A DNA stretch of 62,483 nt, the filler included, from Chiloscyllium plagiosum (Eukaryota): assembly GCF_004010195.1 (NCBI RefSeq). It is 4 parts of one record of this genome, joined end to end, with 100 filler letters (N's around TTAATTAATTAA, not from the genome) between each part and the next. Parts side by side here need not be neighbours in the genome. Positions count along the whole stretch, not along the records: positions 54,737 to 62,483 come from NC_057716.1; 3 more parts are not named here. One strand, written 5' to 3'. This document shows positions 59,554 to 62,483 of the stretch, in pieces (position 1 is the stretch's first letter; every line of letters begins with the position of its first letter). The translations under genes and the position numbers were made by a program. The notes below the pieces were generated by a model. That model worked only from the letters and a program-made list of their open reading frames with translations. It was not told the origin of the DNA and ran no database searches.

Positions 59554-62446
59554 TCTCCTGGTTATATATATGTATTTATTCATCCATCACATAGTCTGAG
59601 CCCTAAACTGAAGTGACTCTAAATCTCCTGGTTATATATTTATTTAACCCACCAGCCTCAGTCAGTTCCCGAAACTAAGGAGACTCTAAATATCCTGGTT
59701 AGATGTTTTTACTTAACCAGCCAGCACAGAGTCAGTGCCCTACAATAAGCATCCTCTAAATCTCCTGGTTATGTATATTTATTTAGTCAGCCAGCTGCAG
59801 AGTCAGTGCCCTAAAATGAGCAGACTCTAAATGCCCTGATTACATATATTTATTTAATTCGCCAGCAGAAATTCAGTGCCCTAAACTTAGAAGACTTTAA
59901 ATCTCCTGGTTATATATATTAAACCAGCCAACACACAGTCAGTGCCCTAAACTAGAGACTCTACATCTCCTGGTTGTATCTATTTATTTAACCAGCCAGC
60001 GCAGAGTCTGTGCCCCAAACTGAGGAGACTCTAAATATTCTCGTTATAAAAAATTTAACCAATCACCATACAATCAGTGCCCTAAACTAAAGAGACTCTA
60101 AATCTCCTGGTTATTAATATCTATTTATCCATCTTGCACGTAGTCTGAGCCCTAAACTAAAGAGACTCTAAATCTCCTGGTTATTAATACCTATTTATCC
60201 ATTCTGCAGGTAGTCTGAGCCCTAAAGTGAGGAGAATCTAAATCTCCTGGTCATATATATTTATTTAACCAGCCAACACAGTGTCAGTGCCCTAAATTGT
60301 GGAGAATTTAAATCTGCTGGATATACATGTTTATTTAACCATCCAGCACAGGGTCAGTGCTCGAGACTGAGGAGAATCGGAATCTCGTGGTTTGACATAT
60401 TTATTTAACTAGCCAGTGGAAAGTCAGTGCCTTAAACTGAGGAGACTCTAAATCTCCTGGTTATATCTGTTTTTTTTAAACAGCCAGTCCAGAGTCAGTG
60501 CCCCAAACTGAGGAGACTCCAAATACTCTGGTTATAATAGTTTTAACCAGCCGCCACCACACAGTCAGTTCCCGAAAATGAGGAGACTATAAATCTCCTG
60601 GTTATATTTAATTAGCCAGCTCGTTATATATATTAAACAGACAGAACAGAGTCAGTGCCCATAACTGAGTAGACTCTAAATCTCCTGGTTATGTATATTT
60701 AAATATACAGCACAGAGTCATTGCCCTAGAATGAGCAGACTCTAACTCCCCTGGTTATATATATTAGACCAGCCAGCACAGAGTCAGTGCCCTAAACTGT
60801 GGAGAATTTAAATCTCCTGGATATGCATGTTTATTTAACCATCCAGCACAAAGTCAGTGCCCTTGACTGAGGAGATTCTGAATCTCGTGGTTATATATAT
60901 ATGTAAACAGACAGCACAGTGTCAGTGCCCTTGACTGAGGAGACACTAAATGTCCTGGTTATGTATATTTATTTAACTAGCCAGCAAAAAGTCAGTGCCC
61001 AAAACTGAGAAGACTCTAAATCTCCTGGTTATACGTATTTTTTTAACCAGCCAGCACAGAGTCAGTGTTCCAAACAGAAGAGACTCTAAATATCCTGGTT
61101 ATATAATTTATTAAACCCGCCAGCCCACAGTTGGTTATATAATTTATTAAACCCGCCAGCCCACAGTCAGTGCCCTCACCTGAGGAGACTCTAAATTTCC
61201 TGGTTATATATATTTATTTAACCAGCCAGCACAATGTCAGTGCCCTAAATTGTGGAGAATTTAAATCTCCTGGATATACATGTTTATTTAACCATCCAGC
61301 ACAGAATCAGTGCTCTGGACTGAGGAGAATGTGAATCTCATGGTTTTACACATTTATTTAACTAGACAGTAGAAAGTCAGAAATACACAGCACAGAGTCA
61401 GTGCCCTAGAATGAGCAGACACTAAATCCCCTGGTTATATATATTTATTTAATCAGCCAACATCGAATCAGTGCCCTAAACTGAGGAGATTCTAAATTTC
61501 CTGATTCTATATAATTATATAACCAGGCAGCACATAGTCAGTGCCCTAATCTGAGGAGCCTATAAATATCCTTGTTGTATATATTTAACCAGACATCACA
61601 GAATCAGTGCCCTTAACTGAGGACACTCTAAATCTCCTAGTTACATATAACCAGGCAGCACATAGTCAGTGCCCTAATCTGAGGAGCCTATAAATATCCT
61701 TGTTGTATATATTTAACCAGACATCACAGAATCAGTGCTCTTAACTGAGGAGACTCTAAATCTCCTGGTTACATATATTTATTTAACTCACCAGCAGAAA
61801 GTCAGTGCCCTAAACTGAGAAGACTCAATCTCCTAGTTATATAGATGAAACCAGCCAACACACAGTCAGTGCCCTAAACTAGAGACTCTAATTCACCTGG
61901 TTGTATCTATTTATTTAACCAGCCAGCCCAGAGTCAGTGCCCCAAACCGAAGAGACTCTAAATCTCCTGGTTATGTATATTTAAGTACTCAGCACAGAGG
62001 TCAGTGCCCTAAAATGAGCAGACTCTAAATCTCCTAATTATATATATTTATTTAACCAGCCAGCACAATGTCAGTGCCATAAACTGTGGAGAATTTAAAT
62101 CTCCTGGATGTGCATATTTATTTAACCATTCAGCACAGAGTCCGTGCAATATACTGAGGAGATTCTGAATCTTGTGGTTATATATATATGTAAACAGACA
62201 GCACAGAGTCAGTGCCCTTGACTGAGGAGACGCTAAAAGTCCTGGTTACATATATTTATTTAACCAGGGTGTAGATTTGCTCGCTGAGCTGTAGGTTTGA
62301 TTAACCATTCAGCACAGAGTCCGTGCAATATACTGAGGAGATTCTGAATCTTGTGGTTATATATATATGTAAACAGACAGCACAGAGTCAGTGCCCTTGA
62401 CTGAGGAGACGCTAAAAGTCCTGGTTACATATATTTATTTAACCAG
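59554..62446 (-). repeat. Same satellite, reverse orientation
   Basis: Unit reads CAGCACAGAGTCAGTGCCCTAAACTGAGGAGACTCTAAATCTCCTGGTT on the + strand. Confidence 0.96.
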
Positions 62447-62479
62447 GGTGTAGATTTGCTCGCTGAGCTGTAGGTTTGA
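62122..62479 (+). repeat. Apparently exact 179-bp tandem duplication, each copy ending in a ~34-bp Penelope-like terminus
   Basis: 62122-62300 matches 62301-62479. Both end GGTGTAGATTTGCTCGCTGAGCTGTAGGTTTGA. Confidence 0.9.
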
Positions 62480-62483
62480 TATC

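Noticed and set aside
58075..62446. CRISPR-like look (conserved ~55-bp unit with variable spacer)
   Set aside because: The spacers are short AT runs, not unique sequences. There are no cas genes and the context is vertebrate, so this is a satellite.

Overview
Repeat-rich vertebrate DNA, almost certainly from a shark. HE1/V-SINEs with (TAATC)n tails, CR1/HER1-type LINEs, Penelope fragments and GPR139-like GPCR exons point to an elasmobranch, probably a carpet/bamboo shark (inference). The window is not one contiguous locus. Three artificial 100-nt spacers (N44-TTAATTAATTAA-N44) join four pieces: A 1-16339, B 16440-32987, C 33088-54636 and D 54737-62483. There are also two 500-N gaps. Piece A holds a decayed retrovirus-like element (LPQG/QYVDD RT, tether plus second RNase H, integrase split by a solo LTR), followed by an inverted duplication carrying two convergent GPR139-like first exons. 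Piece B is mostly decayed TEs plus a candidate TATA-driven signal-peptide exon. Piece C holds a G-rich ~33-bp satellite, a near full-length CR1 LINE with a monomeric 5' region, and a tandemly duplicated CR1/satellite/GPR139-like exon-2 cassette; both exon copies are disabled. Piece D holds a previously unflagged intact exon encoding a six-cysteine beta-defensin-like peptide (minus strand, 56877-57025), and a ~66-70-bp satellite whose orientation flips at ~59553. The most notable items are the defensin-like exon, very long duplications (236 bp and ~417 bp) flanking truncated SINE/LINE tails, and splice-donor/U1-like hairpins in the CR1 5' monomers. All calls come from manual reading and no searches were run. 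Boundaries of decayed repeats are approximate.
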